Assembly: GCA_963600185.1 (NCBI GenBank)
Contig: CAVCAF010000001.1
Span: forward strand, 1 to 55,386
From: Azospirillum sp. 51_20
GTDB taxonomy: Bacteria; Verrucomicrobiota; Kiritimatiellia; RFP12; UBA1067
DNA: 55,386 bases
Reading direction: 5' to 3'
Shown here: positions 36,288-45,214 of the stretch, piece after piece
Numbering within the stretch: the first letter of the stretch is position 1
Layout: each line of letters begins with the position of its first letter
Notes under the pieces: generated by a model
Database searches by the model: none
The model's input: the letters and a program-made list of their open reading frames with translations, nothing else
What the model was told of the DNA's origin: nothing
Made by a program: the position numbers and the translations under genes

Positions 36288-38314
36288 TTATGACCGACTT
36301 TTCTAAACTCTTAAATCCAGAACAATTCGCCGCGGCGACGGCGGGGGATGGTCCCTTATTGGTACTTGCCGCGGCGGGGACGGGCAAAACCCGCACCCTC
36401 GTCCATCGCGTCGCCTATCTCGTTGAGCAGGGTGTGCCCGCGGATCGCATTCTTCTCTTGACCTTCACGAACCGTGCCGCGCGGGAAATGCTCGATCGGG
36501 CAATGAAAGTCGTTGGGGATGAGGCGGGGGCAATCTGGAGCGGCACTTTCCACTCGATTTGCGCACGCTTTTTGCGCCGTTATTGTACATTTCTTGGCTA
36601 CCAGCCGCAATTTACCATTATAGATGAGGAAGACCAGAAGAAACTCCTCAATGAAATCATTAAAAAGACAGTGAAAGACCCGAAGTCGTTCGTGAAGAAG
36701 GAGATTGTCGCGAAGATGATATCCGAAGCCGCGAATGAATCGAAGGATCTTGCGCTCATTGCCCAGCGTTGGCAATCAAAGGAAGCGGGGATTGATGTTG
36801 AGGATATCCTTAAGGTCGCCGCGACTTATGAAACGCGCAAAAAAGAGCTGAATGCGATGGATTTTGACGATTTACTCGTCAACGGACTTAAGCTCCTTAA
36901 GACCCAAGACCGGGTGCGGGAGATGTTCCAAGAGCACTTCCTCTATATTCTCGTCGATGAATACCAAGATACGAACGGACTCCAAGCGGAGTTCACGGAT
37001 ATCCTCGCGGCAAAGCACCGCAACATAATGGCGGTCGGGGACGATTTTCAGTGCATTTATACTTGGCGCGGCGCACAAATTGAGAACATCCTTAACTTCC
37101 CCGAGCGCTGGGAAGGGTGCAAAATCGTGAAGTTGGAGCGCAATTATAGATCCGTCCCCAGTATCCTCAAGGTGGCAAATTGCGTGATGAAGGATGCCGC
37201 GGAAAGCTTCGAAAAGCAACTTAAGCCGATCCGTGAGGAGTTTGGGATGCGCCCCGCCCTCTACACCGTCTTTGATGGACGTACCCAAGCGGCGGAAATC
37301 CTCAAGCGCGTCCAAATTATGCGAGAGAACGGCTACCGCTATTCGGATATGGCGATACTATACCGCAGCCATTACCAGTCCATTGAGCTCCAGATGACCC
37401 TGACACGCCAAGGTGTACCTTTTCGGATAACTTCGGGGGTGGGAGTCTTCGAGCAGGTGCATATTAAAGATGTGCTCGCCTATTTACGGCTCTTACTTTC
37501 GGCGACGGATGAGCTCTCATTTATGCGCTTTATCTCGCTTTTGCCGAGCGTCGGGGAGAAAACTGCCGTGGGCATTTGGCAGAAAATGGGGCGGCGGTTT
37601 GATTGCCATAGTCCCGAGGACTTGGAGAAACTGGGCGGCTTCTTGGGTGCACGCTCGAAACCCGTTTGGCCTGCGCTCGCCCACTGCTTCATGAAGTCCG
37701 CGGCGAACTTGAAACATAACGAAATTGGACGCCTTCTTGGCGATTTCCTCGACTTTTTCTATTCGGACTACCTTAAGAAGAACTTTGACGAGGCGAATGC
37801 CAATGACCGTGAGCAAGATGTGAGGGAACTTGCGAACCAAATTGCCGCGGCGGAAGGGGGGCTCGGGGGGTTCCTCGCGGATGTCGCGCTTTACACCAAT
37901 CTTGATGCCCGAAAGAACAATCTTCATACCGATAGCCTCACGCTTTCCACCGTCCACCAAGCGAAGGGCATGGAGTGGCCCGTCGTCTACATACCCTGGT
38001 GCACCGAGGGGAAGTTCCCTTCGTCTATGGCACGCAAGGAAGGGCGGATGTCTGAGGAGCGTCGCCTCTTTTATGTGGCAGTCACGCGGGCGAAGGATAA
38101 CCTCTTTCTTTACGCACCCGAGACGCAGATGTCGTCCGAGGGGAATGTTATGCCCGCGGAGCGTTCCATCTTTATAAAGGAGATACCGAGGGAACTTATG
38201 GAAGAGCGCCGCTCGTCGGTGTATGTTCCGTTCCTGCAACGGATAGGGAATCCTTTCCGTAGCCAACGCCCGACGCGGCAACAACCCACCTTTAAAACGT
38301 ACTGGAGGCGGTAA
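36284..38314 (+). CDS. UvrD/PcrA/Rep family ATP-dependent DNA helicase
   Basis: AAAGTGKTRTL, VDEYQDTN, TVHQAKGMEW and YVAVTRA are SF1 motifs. Confidence 0.9.
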   Translation: MIMTDFSKLLNPEQFAAATAGDGPLLVLAAAGTGKTRTLVHRVAYLVEQGVPADRILLLTFTNRAAREMLDRAMKVVGDEAGAIWSGTFHSICARFLRRYCTFLGYQPQFTIIDEEDQKKLLNEIIKKTVKDPKSFVKKEIVAKMISEAANESKDLALIAQRWQSKEAGIDVEDILKVAATYETRKKELNAMDFDDLLVNGLKLLKTQDRVREMFQEHFLYILVDEYQDTNGLQAEFTDILAAKHRNIMAVGDDFQCIYTWRGAQIENILNFPERWEGCKIVKLERNYRSVPSILKVANCVMKDAAESFEKQLKPIREEFGMRPALYTVFDGRTQAAEILKRVQIMRENGYRYSDMAILYRSHYQSIELQMTLTRQGVPFRITSGVGVFEQVHIKDVLAYLRLLLSATDELSFMRFISLLPSVGEKTAVGIWQKMGRRFDCHSPEDLEKLGGFLGARSKPVWPALAHCFMKSAANLKHNEIGRLLGDFLDFFYSDYLKKNFDEANANDREQDVRELANQIAAAEGGLGGFLADVALYTNLDARKNNLHTDSLTLSTVHQAKGMEWPVVYIPWCTEGKFPSSMARKEGRMSEERRLFYVAVTRAKDNLFLYAPETQMSSEGNVMPAERSIFIKEIPRELMEERRSSVYVPFLQRIGNPFRSQRPTRQQPTFKTYWRR

Positions 38315-38317
38315 AAG

Positions 38318-39496
38318 GTGACTATTTGGATAGAGAATCCGTTTGATAATCTGCCGCGGGAAGGTGCGCGGGCGATGCGTTATTGGCTCATGGCTAGGGC
38401 ATTTGCCGCGGCGGGGCATCGGGTTCTTTATTTGACGAGTTCCTTTAGCCACACGGGTAAAGTGCCGCGGTCTTTGCCCGAAATCTTTACCGAGGAGGGT
38501 ATAGAAGTTAGGCTTATCCCGACCGTGCCCTATAAGAAGAATATAAGTCTTGGGCGAATCCTTAGCCACCGCGCTTATGCGAAAAAGTGGCAAGAGCTGG
38601 CACTGGGGGCAAAAGTGCCGCGTCCGGACGCAATTATTGTCTCGACTCCGCCCCTCGCGACAGGCAAAGTCGCGCGGCACTTAGCGCGGCACTTCGGTGC
38701 GAAACTCGTCGTGGATATCCAAGACGCCTGGCCCGAGACTTTCTATCGCCTTTTACATCCTATTATAAGAGGAGTGGCGCCACTCCTTTTTGCGCCGATG
38801 TTAAGGGAAGTTAAACGGCTTTTGGGCGCGGCAGATTTGGTGACGGGGGTCTCGGCACGGTACATTGAGCGGGCGCGGAACTTTGGCATTTCGGGAGGCA
38901 GGTTATTTTACCATGGTATTACCCTCGCGAATTGGGGTACTAGGTCAATTCCAGCCCCCGAAAACGCCCCCCTACTCGTTTATATTGGGGGACTAGGCGA
39001 AAGTTATGACCTAGGCACTGTTTTACGGGCAGTTAAGGACTTACCGCGCGTGAAACTCGCCCTCGCGGGGGCGGGAAAGGGTGAGGCGGCACTAAAAGCC
39101 TATGTGAAGGCGCACAATTTAGAAGAAAGGGTATCCTTCCGCGGCTATTTGGGTGCGGATGAACTCAGTAGACTCCTCGAAAGTGCCGCGGTCGGGATTA
39201 TCCCTCTCGCGGAAAGTAGTTGGGTGGGAGTCCCCTATAAGCTCGCGGACTATGCCGCGGCAGGTCTCGCCGTGTTAAGTTCACTAAAAGGCGAAACGTA
39301 CGCACTTTTGGCGAAATATGCCGCGGGCGAGACTTATGAAGTCGGGTCAGCGGAGTCCTTCACCGCGGCACTTAAGCGCCTTTTGCCGCACTTAGAAGCC
39401 GCACAAAAGGGTGCGCGGCACTTGGCGGAAGCCGAGTTCGATGCCGCACTGATATACCCGCGGTATGTCGCGGCAGTTGAGGAGGTTGTAAAATGA
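38318..39496 (+). CDS. GT-B fold glycosyltransferase (family 4-like)
   Basis: The C-terminal half shows G.G...L....... and PY-type motifs. The start is GTG. This is a by-eye call. Confidence 0.65.
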   Translation: MTIWIENPFDNLPREGARAMRYWLMARAFAAAGHRVLYLTSSFSHTGKVPRSLPEIFTEEGIEVRLIPTVPYKKNISLGRILSHRAYAKKWQELALGAKVPRPDAIIVSTPPLATGKVARHLARHFGAKLVVDIQDAWPETFYRLLHPIIRGVAPLLFAPMLREVKRLLGAADLVTGVSARYIERARNFGISGGRLFYHGITLANWGTRSIPAPENAPLLVYIGGLGESYDLGTVLRAVKDLPRVKLALAGAGKGEAALKAYVKAHNLEERVSFRGYLGADELSRLLESAAVGIIPLAESSWVGVPYKLADYAAAGLAVLSSLKGETYALLAKYAAGETYEVGSAESFTAALKRLLPHLEAAQKGARHLAEAEFDAALIYPRYVAAVEEVVK

Positions 39497-40005
39497 GCCT
39501 TGAGGAGTTCGACGAATACTTTATGGCCATGGCGCTCAGGGAAGCAGAAAAGGCGGCGACGGACGGCGAGGTGCCGACGGGGTGCGTCATCGTGGAGCTA
39601 CCCGAGGGGGCAATAGACCCGACAGGAAAGAAGCCGTTTGATTTGATGTGTGCCGAGGCGCGTATCTTGGGGCGTGCCCATAACCAAACTGAGCAACTCA
39701 ATGACGCGACAGCCCACGCGGAAATGCTCGCCCTAAGCGCGGCATTTCAGGCGAAAGGCAACTGGCGACTCACCAATACGCGGCTTTATGTGACGAAAGA
39801 GCCCTGTCCAATGTGCGCGGGGGCAATAGTGCTCGCACGCGTTTCGGCAGTCATCTGGGGCGTGTCGGACCCTAAGCGGGGAGGGGGGACGGTCTTTAAA
39901 ATCTTTGACCATCCCGGCATCAATCATCATCCGCAAATCAAGACGGGGGTACTTGAGGAACCCTCGCGGCAAATACTCCAAACCTTCTTCAAGTCCCGCC
40001 GCTAG
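39493..40005 (+). CDS. tadA: tRNA adenosine(34) deaminase
   Basis: HAEMLAL and PCPMCAGA are the CDA zinc motifs. Confidence 0.9.
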   Translation: MSLEEFDEYFMAMALREAEKAATDGEVPTGCVIVELPEGAIDPTGKKPFDLMCAEARILGRAHNQTEQLNDATAHAEMLALSAAFQAKGNWRLTNTRLYVTKEPCPMCAGAIVLARVSAVIWGVSDPKRGGGTVFKIFDHPGINHHPQIKTGVLEEPSRQILQTFFKSRR

Positions 40006-40116
40006 TCTCTCGGGGTAGCTGAGACACTGTCTCGGGGTGATGTTTCTACTGTCTCGGGGTGGCGCTCGCAGTGTCTCGGGGTGCCCCTCCCAGTGTCTCG
40101 TCCTAGGTGAGATACT
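40003..40116. repeat. 22-bp-periodic array of A(C/G)TGTCTCGGGGTG units with 8-nt variable spacers
   Basis: Units start at 40003, 40025, 40047, 40069 and 40091, with a degenerate unit at 40113. The first unit overlaps the tadA stop codon. Confidence 0.9.
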
Positions 40117-40129
40117 GCGCGGAGGCTAA

Positions 40130-40256
40130 GAGACCGCGGTCTCAGCACCTTGAGACCGCGGTCACTCGACCCTGAGACCGCGGTCTCTTGCCCGATAGAC
40201 CGCGGTCTCTCACCCTTGAGACCGCGGTCTCTGAGCCTATAGACCGCGGTCTCTTA
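40130..40256. repeat. 22-bp-periodic array (6 units) of the palindrome GAGACCGCGGTCTC
   Basis: Units start at 40130, 40152, 40174, 40196, 40218 and 40240. The first four units plus their spacers are identical to the 10.6-kb locus. Confidence 0.95.
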
Positions 40257-40308
40257 AAGGGCTACTAAGGAGACCCCCCACAATCTTCCAAGTAGATGTA
40301 GGTTTCTC

Positions 40309-40337
40309 TTGTACTTGGACGCAAAATATGGTATCAT
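40309..40337 (+). promoter_or_regulatory. sigma70 promoter (TTGTAC-N17-TATCAT, TATGGTATCAT)
   Basis: The motif lies at 40327-40337, about 75 nt after the palindrome array and 32 nt before the fprA-like ATG. Confidence 0.6.
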
Positions 40338-40368
40338 ATAGGGGTATTCTACAAGGAGCTTGAAAGAA

Positions 40369-41529
40369 ATGTCCGACTTACTAGATGATATAGCGTCCGT
40401 TGGCGTTAACGACACGGGAATCACCCTCTTCGAGGGGCAATTTGCCGTCTCGAAAGGGATGTCCTATAACTCCTATATAATAAAGGACGAGAAGATTACG
40501 GTAATGGATACCGTGGACGCGCACTTTGGTGAGGCGTGGCTGGGGAACATCCGCCGCGAAATCGGTGCGCAGGAAGTCGCCTACCTCGTCGTCCAGCATA
40601 TGGAACCCGACCACTCGGCGAACATTGCCGCGTTCGCGGCGGCGTATCCGTCGGCGACGATTGTCGCTTCCGCCGCGGCATTCGTGATGATGAAGAACTA
40701 CTTTGGCACAGACTTCGCCGATCGTCGCCTTATAATAAAGGAGGGGGACACCCTCAACACGGGGCACCACCTCCTCAAGTTCGTCGCCGCGCCCATGGTG
40801 CATTGGCCCGAGGTCATGGTCACTTTTGATGAGGCGACAGGCGTTCTCTTTTCCGCGGACGCTTTCGGCAAGTTCGGTGCGACAAATATTCCTGATGATG
40901 AGGGTTGGGATTGCGAAGCGCGGCGTTACTACTTCGGTATTGTCGGCAAGTTCGGGGTGCAGGTGCAAGCGCTCCTCGCAAAAGCCGCGAAGTTGCCCAT
41001 TTCGCGCATCTATCCCCTGCATGGACCTATCTTCACGACGGCGGAGGAGATTCAGCACGCCCTTGAGCTTTACACGACTTGGTCGCGGTATGAGGTGGAG
41101 ACTAAAGGGGTGTTCATCGCCTATACCTCCGTTTATGGCCATACCCAGCGCGTCGCCGAAGAGCTTGCGTCCCTTTTAACGGCGAAGGGCATTAAGGTCG
41201 CGAAGGCGGATCTCACGCGGGAGGATATGCACGAGGCGATTGAGGACGCGTTTCGGTATGGCACGCTTATTTTGGCGACGACCTCCTATAATAATGGGGT
41301 GTTCCCGAAAATGCGTGAGTTTATAGAGCACCTCTTGGAGCGCAACTACCAAAAGCGGTGCGTTGGGTTTATTGAGAATGGTTCGTGGGCACCCTGCGCG
41401 GCGAAGAAGATGCAGGAGATGTTTGCCGCGGCGAAAGAAATCACGCTTTTACCAACCACCGTCACGGTAAAAGGTGCCGCGTATAACCAAGCCGACCTCG
41501 AAAAGCTCGCGGAGGAGATCTCGGCGTGA
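40369..41529 (+). CDS. flavodiiron protein (FprA family, MBL fold plus flavodoxin)
   Basis: VVQHMEPDHS is the diiron motif, and a C-terminal flavodoxin-like domain is present. The ATG at 40369 lies 10 nt after AAGGAG. Confidence 0.85.
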   Translation: MSDLLDDIASVGVNDTGITLFEGQFAVSKGMSYNSYIIKDEKITVMDTVDAHFGEAWLGNIRREIGAQEVAYLVVQHMEPDHSANIAAFAAAYPSATIVASAAAFVMMKNYFGTDFADRRLIIKEGDTLNTGHHLLKFVAAPMVHWPEVMVTFDEATGVLFSADAFGKFGATNIPDDEGWDCEARRYYFGIVGKFGVQVQALLAKAAKLPISRIYPLHGPIFTTAEEIQHALELYTTWSRYEVETKGVFIAYTSVYGHTQRVAEELASLLTAKGIKVAKADLTREDMHEAIEDAFRYGTLILATTSYNNGVFPKMREFIEHLLERNYQKRCVGFIENGSWAPCAAKKMQEMFAAAKEITLLPTTVTVKGAAYNQADLEKLAEEISA

Positions 41530-42863
41530 AGTTCGCGATTCATACTTACGGTTGCCAAATGAATGTGCGCGAGTCGGAAGCCGTCGAGGCTCTCCTCATC
41601 GCCGCGGGGCACACCAAAGCCGCGTCCGAAGAAGAAGCTGAACTTGTCATCGTCAATAGTTGCACCGTCCGTCAGAAGGCGGAAGAAAAAGCGATTGGCA
41701 AAGCGGGCAACCTCATTGCCGCGAAGAAAATCACGGGGCTTATGGGGTGTGCGGTGAAGCGACTCGATAAGGAACTCTTTAAGAAACTCCCTAAACTAGA
41801 CTTCGCCGTGGGGCCGCGTGCCTTTGGTCTCATCCCGAAGATTGTTGCCGAGGGCAAGTTCCCTGTGCTAGAACTAGGCGATGACCTTATCCCTGGGGGG
41901 CTCGATGCGCATACTGAGGCGAACGGATTTCAGGCGTTCGTCACGATTCTCGTTGGATGCGACAACCGCTGTAGTTATTGTATTGTCCCTGATGTGAGGG
42001 GACACGAATATTCGCGTCCCGCCCGCGAAGTCGTCGCCGAAATAAAGGCACTTGCCGCGCGCGGCATAAAAGAAGTGTGCCTCCTTGGGCAAAGCGTCCT
42101 GCGGTATGGGGTGCGCAATCCCGCGTGGGACGCGAGTGACGCACCAAGTCTGGGCGGCTATACGGAGGCGTTTCCGCGGCTTTTGGAAGCGGTCGCGTCC
42201 ATTCCCGGTATTGAGCGCGTCAGGTTCACTTCGGCACATCCCAAAGGGTGCACCGATGAACTCGTGAGGGTCTATAAGGAGTTTCCCCAAGTCTGCCGCC
42301 ACTTGCATTTACCCGTGCAGTCGGGGTCCGACCGCGTCCTCACCGAAATGGGGCGGCACTATACACGCGCAGAGTATCTCGCCGCCGTAAAGAAGTTAAG
42401 GGACTTCGACCCCGAGTTCGCCGTGACGACGGATGTTATTGTGGGGTATCCGGGCGAAACCGCGGCAGATTTCGAGGCGACGCGTACGCTCATGGATGAG
42501 GCGGGATTCGATAATTCGTTCATCTTTAAGTATTCGCCGCGCCCAGGGACGCGCTCCGCTAACCTCCCCGATGATGTCCCAACGGAGGAAAAAGAGCGCC
42601 GCGATCAGGTGCTTCTCGCTGACCAAGAACGCCGCGGACAAGCCCGCAACGAGGTCCTCGTAGGCTCGGTAAGGGAAGTTCTCGCCGAGGGACCCTCCAA
42701 AAGAAATGCCGCGCGCTGGAGTGGACGCGATAGTGGCAACCGCATTGTCGTCTGGGATATCACCCCCGAAAGGGCAGTCCCTAAGGCGGGTGAGAAGGTA
42801 AAAATACGCATAACTGCCGCGCACCCCCAAACCTTAATCGGTGAGGTTTCTGATAAAAGTTAA
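41526..42863 (+). CDS. miaB: tRNA-i6A37 methylthiotransferase
   Basis: TYGCQMN is the N-terminal cluster, CDNRCSYCIVP is the radical-SAM motif, and a C-terminal TRAM domain is present. The start is GTG. Confidence 0.9.
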   Translation: MKFAIHTYGCQMNVRESEAVEALLIAAGHTKAASEEEAELVIVNSCTVRQKAEEKAIGKAGNLIAAKKITGLMGCAVKRLDKELFKKLPKLDFAVGPRAFGLIPKIVAEGKFPVLELGDDLIPGGLDAHTEANGFQAFVTILVGCDNRCSYCIVPDVRGHEYSRPAREVVAEIKALAARGIKEVCLLGQSVLRYGVRNPAWDASDAPSLGGYTEAFPRLLEAVASIPGIERVRFTSAHPKGCTDELVRVYKEFPQVCRHLHLPVQSGSDRVLTEMGRHYTRAEYLAAVKKLRDFDPEFAVTTDVIVGYPGETAADFEATRTLMDEAGFDNSFIFKYSPRPGTRSANLPDDVPTEEKERRDQVLLADQERRGQARNEVLVGSVREVLAEGPSKRNAARWSGRDSGNRIVVWDITPERAVPKAGEKVKIRITAAHPQTLIGEVSDKS

Positions 42864-42892
42864 CTTTTTGGAGTGCGTATTCGGCTAAAATA

Positions 42893-42901
42893 TGATATAC
42901 T
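42893..42901 (+). promoter_or_regulatory. extended -10 promoter TGATATACT, leaderless configuration
   Basis: The hexamer lies at 42896-42901, and the ATG at 42909 is 7 nt downstream. Confidence 0.5.
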
Positions 42902-42908
42902 AGAGCAA

Positions 42909-43466
42909 ATGACGGTATTCTGGGGCTTTGTTTTAGGACTGCCACTACTGGTGTTTGGGGCAGTCGCGAGCTTGAAACCTGATTTCGCGAAACGCGAAGT
43001 CGGGCGCTTCTTTGTGTCGCGTCCCGCCGCAATTGCCCTCACAATATTCGCGAGTTTCTGGACGGGGTATGAGTGCGACACCATGGGAATAGATGTCTTT
43101 GACGCGATCTTAAAGCGCTTCCCGGGTGAGGTTTGGCTTCTCGCGGCGGTTCTCGCGTGGCTCGTTATAATATGGATGCCGAAGAACTTGCCCATGCGCG
43201 CCTTAACGGGTATCCTTATGCTGATTCCCGCCGAACTTTTCAAAGTGATGCGGTTTTATTTGCCTGCGGGGGGCATCGCCCTCGTCCATGTCTTTATCGT
43301 CACCGCTTATCTGGGCGCTATTATTGGTATGTACGGCATGTTCTACCCGTGGCGCCTCGAAAAGGGACTTATGATTTTACTAAAAACCACGCGTCGCGCA
43401 CGCCTCGTCGGGGGGGTATTTGCCCTCTGGGGGGCGGCACTTTGTGTGGTTGGGTGCGTACTTTAA
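42909..43466 (+). CDS. hypothetical multi-pass membrane protein
   Basis: There are five or six hydrophobic segments. I trimmed the start from GTG 42873 to ATG 42909 because of the promoter position. Confidence 0.6.
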   Translation: MTVFWGFVLGLPLLVFGAVASLKPDFAKREVGRFFVSRPAAIALTIFASFWTGYECDTMGIDVFDAILKRFPGEVWLLAAVLAWLVIIWMPKNLPMRALTGILMLIPAELFKVMRFYLPAGGIALVHVFIVTAYLGAIIGMYGMFYPWRLEKGLMILLKTTRRARLVGGVFALWGAALCVVGCVL

Positions 43467-43487
43467 AGGAAAGTTGATTATCCCCAA

Positions 43488-45182
43488 ATGAAAGATGTCC
43501 TATTGATTCTACTAACAGTTGGCGGAGGGCTAGGTATCTTTCTCCTCGGGATGAAGCACCTCTCCGAGGGACTGCAAGCGACGGCGGGCGGGGGACTGCG
43601 TAAGTTTATGTCCCACGCCACCAGCCACCGCCTCGTGGGTGTCGGTACGGGCATTATCTCAACCATAATCGTTCAGTCCTCCTCTATTATTACGGTTATG
43701 CTCGTTGGGTTCGTCTCCACGGCGCTCCTAACCTTGCCGCAGGCGATAAATGTCATAATTGGCGCGAATATTGGTACTACGGCGACAGTATGGATTATTG
43801 CCTACGCGCCCGATCCGCAATTACTAGGCTTCGTTGGACTCGCCCTCGGGGGTATCCTTTACTTCTTCTTTCATGGCGAGAAGGTTCATAATATTGGGCT
43901 TACGATTATTGGGCTTGGGCTCGTCTTTCTCGGACTTTACTTTATGTCCAAGGGCGTCGCCCCCATTCGTGAGAACCCCGATATTAGCGCGGTCTTCGCG
44001 AAGATGGACGCTTCCAACCTCCTCGGCGCGGCATTTGTTGCCCTCGTCGCCTTGCTCCTAACGGCGGTTATCCAATCTTCCGCCGCGACAATTATGATCG
44101 CGATGGCGCTCGCCCAGCAACAACTCATTACTTATGAAGTCGCGATCGCCGTCCTTTTTGGTGCGAATATCGGCACAACCGCCACAGCCTGGATTGCCGC
44201 GATTGGGGGTACGGCGGACGGCAAACGGACGGCTCTTGCGCATACCCTCTCAAATGTCATCGGGTCAATTGTGTTTTTGCCGCTTTTCCCATTCTTCGTT
44301 AAGGCGGGGCAGGCGCTCTTCCCGAATTGGAATGAGGTCGGGACGATGGTTGTCTCGGGACATGAGGCGACAGTCCTCCCCCACATTATGGCACCTATCG
44401 CCGTAACGGACACCATTTTCGCTGTTTGCCGCGGTGTCTTACTCTTCCCCTTTGTAAAGCCTTTTGCGCGACTCGTGGAGCGCTTCATCCGCCAACCCGA
44501 GAACGAAAAACCGCACCTCTCGGTTTTGAAGGTCGGGGCAAAGTTGTCGCCCGTTATCGCCTGCGACCAAGCTTTGCAAGAAGTGCAATTTATGCGCGAT
44601 AGCAATTTGAGCCTACTTGATTGTGCGCGTAAGGTTATCGCGGGGGAATCTGATGAGGATGAAGAAAACCACATTCTCCACCGCGAAAGTATCCTCGATA
44701 ATGTCCAGAGGGAAGTGACGGAGTTTCTCGGCAGCATTATGACTAAACGTCTCGCGGCGGATGTCGCCGAAAGGGCGCGGCGACTTTTGCGCCTTACGGA
44801 TGAACTTGAGAGCGTCTCGGATGAGACCGCCGTTATTTTACGGGTCGTTAAGCGCCTTCGTAAGAATAAGCAGGTAATTTCCCCTGTCTCCCGCGGCGTT
44901 TTACTCGAAGTTGCCCAAAAAGTGGAAGCTTTTGCGCAAGAAGTGACGCCCTGGATTCGCTCGCCGCGTCCCACAATTGATATTGAGGCGACCCAGCAGC
45001 GTTCCCGCGAGATTCATGAGTTTCTGAGAGATTGCCGCCGCTCCCAACTTGGGCGCGTTGGTCCCGATGACCCCGCTTCGCCACTTAGGGTCTTGGGTGA
45101 ACTCGATATTATTAATGCCTATGAGCGGGTGAGGTCCTACTACCTCAATATTGCTGAAACACTCGCGGGCGGTAAACGATAA
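43488..45182 (+). CDS. Na/Pi cotransporter family protein with PhoU-like C-terminal domain
   Basis: The motif GANIGTTAT.WI is duplicated (two Na_Pi_cotrans repeats), and the C-terminus is helical. Confidence 0.85.
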   Translation: MKDVLLILLTVGGGLGIFLLGMKHLSEGLQATAGGGLRKFMSHATSHRLVGVGTGIISTIIVQSSSIITVMLVGFVSTALLTLPQAINVIIGANIGTTATVWIIAYAPDPQLLGFVGLALGGILYFFFHGEKVHNIGLTIIGLGLVFLGLYFMSKGVAPIRENPDISAVFAKMDASNLLGAAFVALVALLLTAVIQSSAATIMIAMALAQQQLITYEVAIAVLFGANIGTTATAWIAAIGGTADGKRTALAHTLSNVIGSIVFLPLFPFFVKAGQALFPNWNEVGTMVVSGHEATVLPHIMAPIAVTDTIFAVCRGVLLFPFVKPFARLVERFIRQPENEKPHLSVLKVGAKLSPVIACDQALQEVQFMRDSNLSLLDCARKVIAGESDEDEENHILHRESILDNVQREVTEFLGSIMTKRLAADVAERARRLLRLTDELESVSDETAVILRVVKRLRKNKQVISPVSRGVLLEVAQKVEAFAQEVTPWIRSPRPTIDIEATQQRSREIHEFLRDCRRSQLGRVGPDDPASPLRVLGELDIINAYERVRSYYLNIAETLAGGKR

Positions 45183-45214
45183 GATTCTAATTCAATGGAA
45201 AGGTAACAAAAGTA

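Noticed and set aside
37517-38680. 387-aa minus-strand ORF
   Set aside because: It is antisense to the UvrD/PcrA-like and GT4 genes. It is Arg/Pro/Lys-rich and low in complexity, has no motifs, and spans a gene boundary, so it is a shadow ORF.
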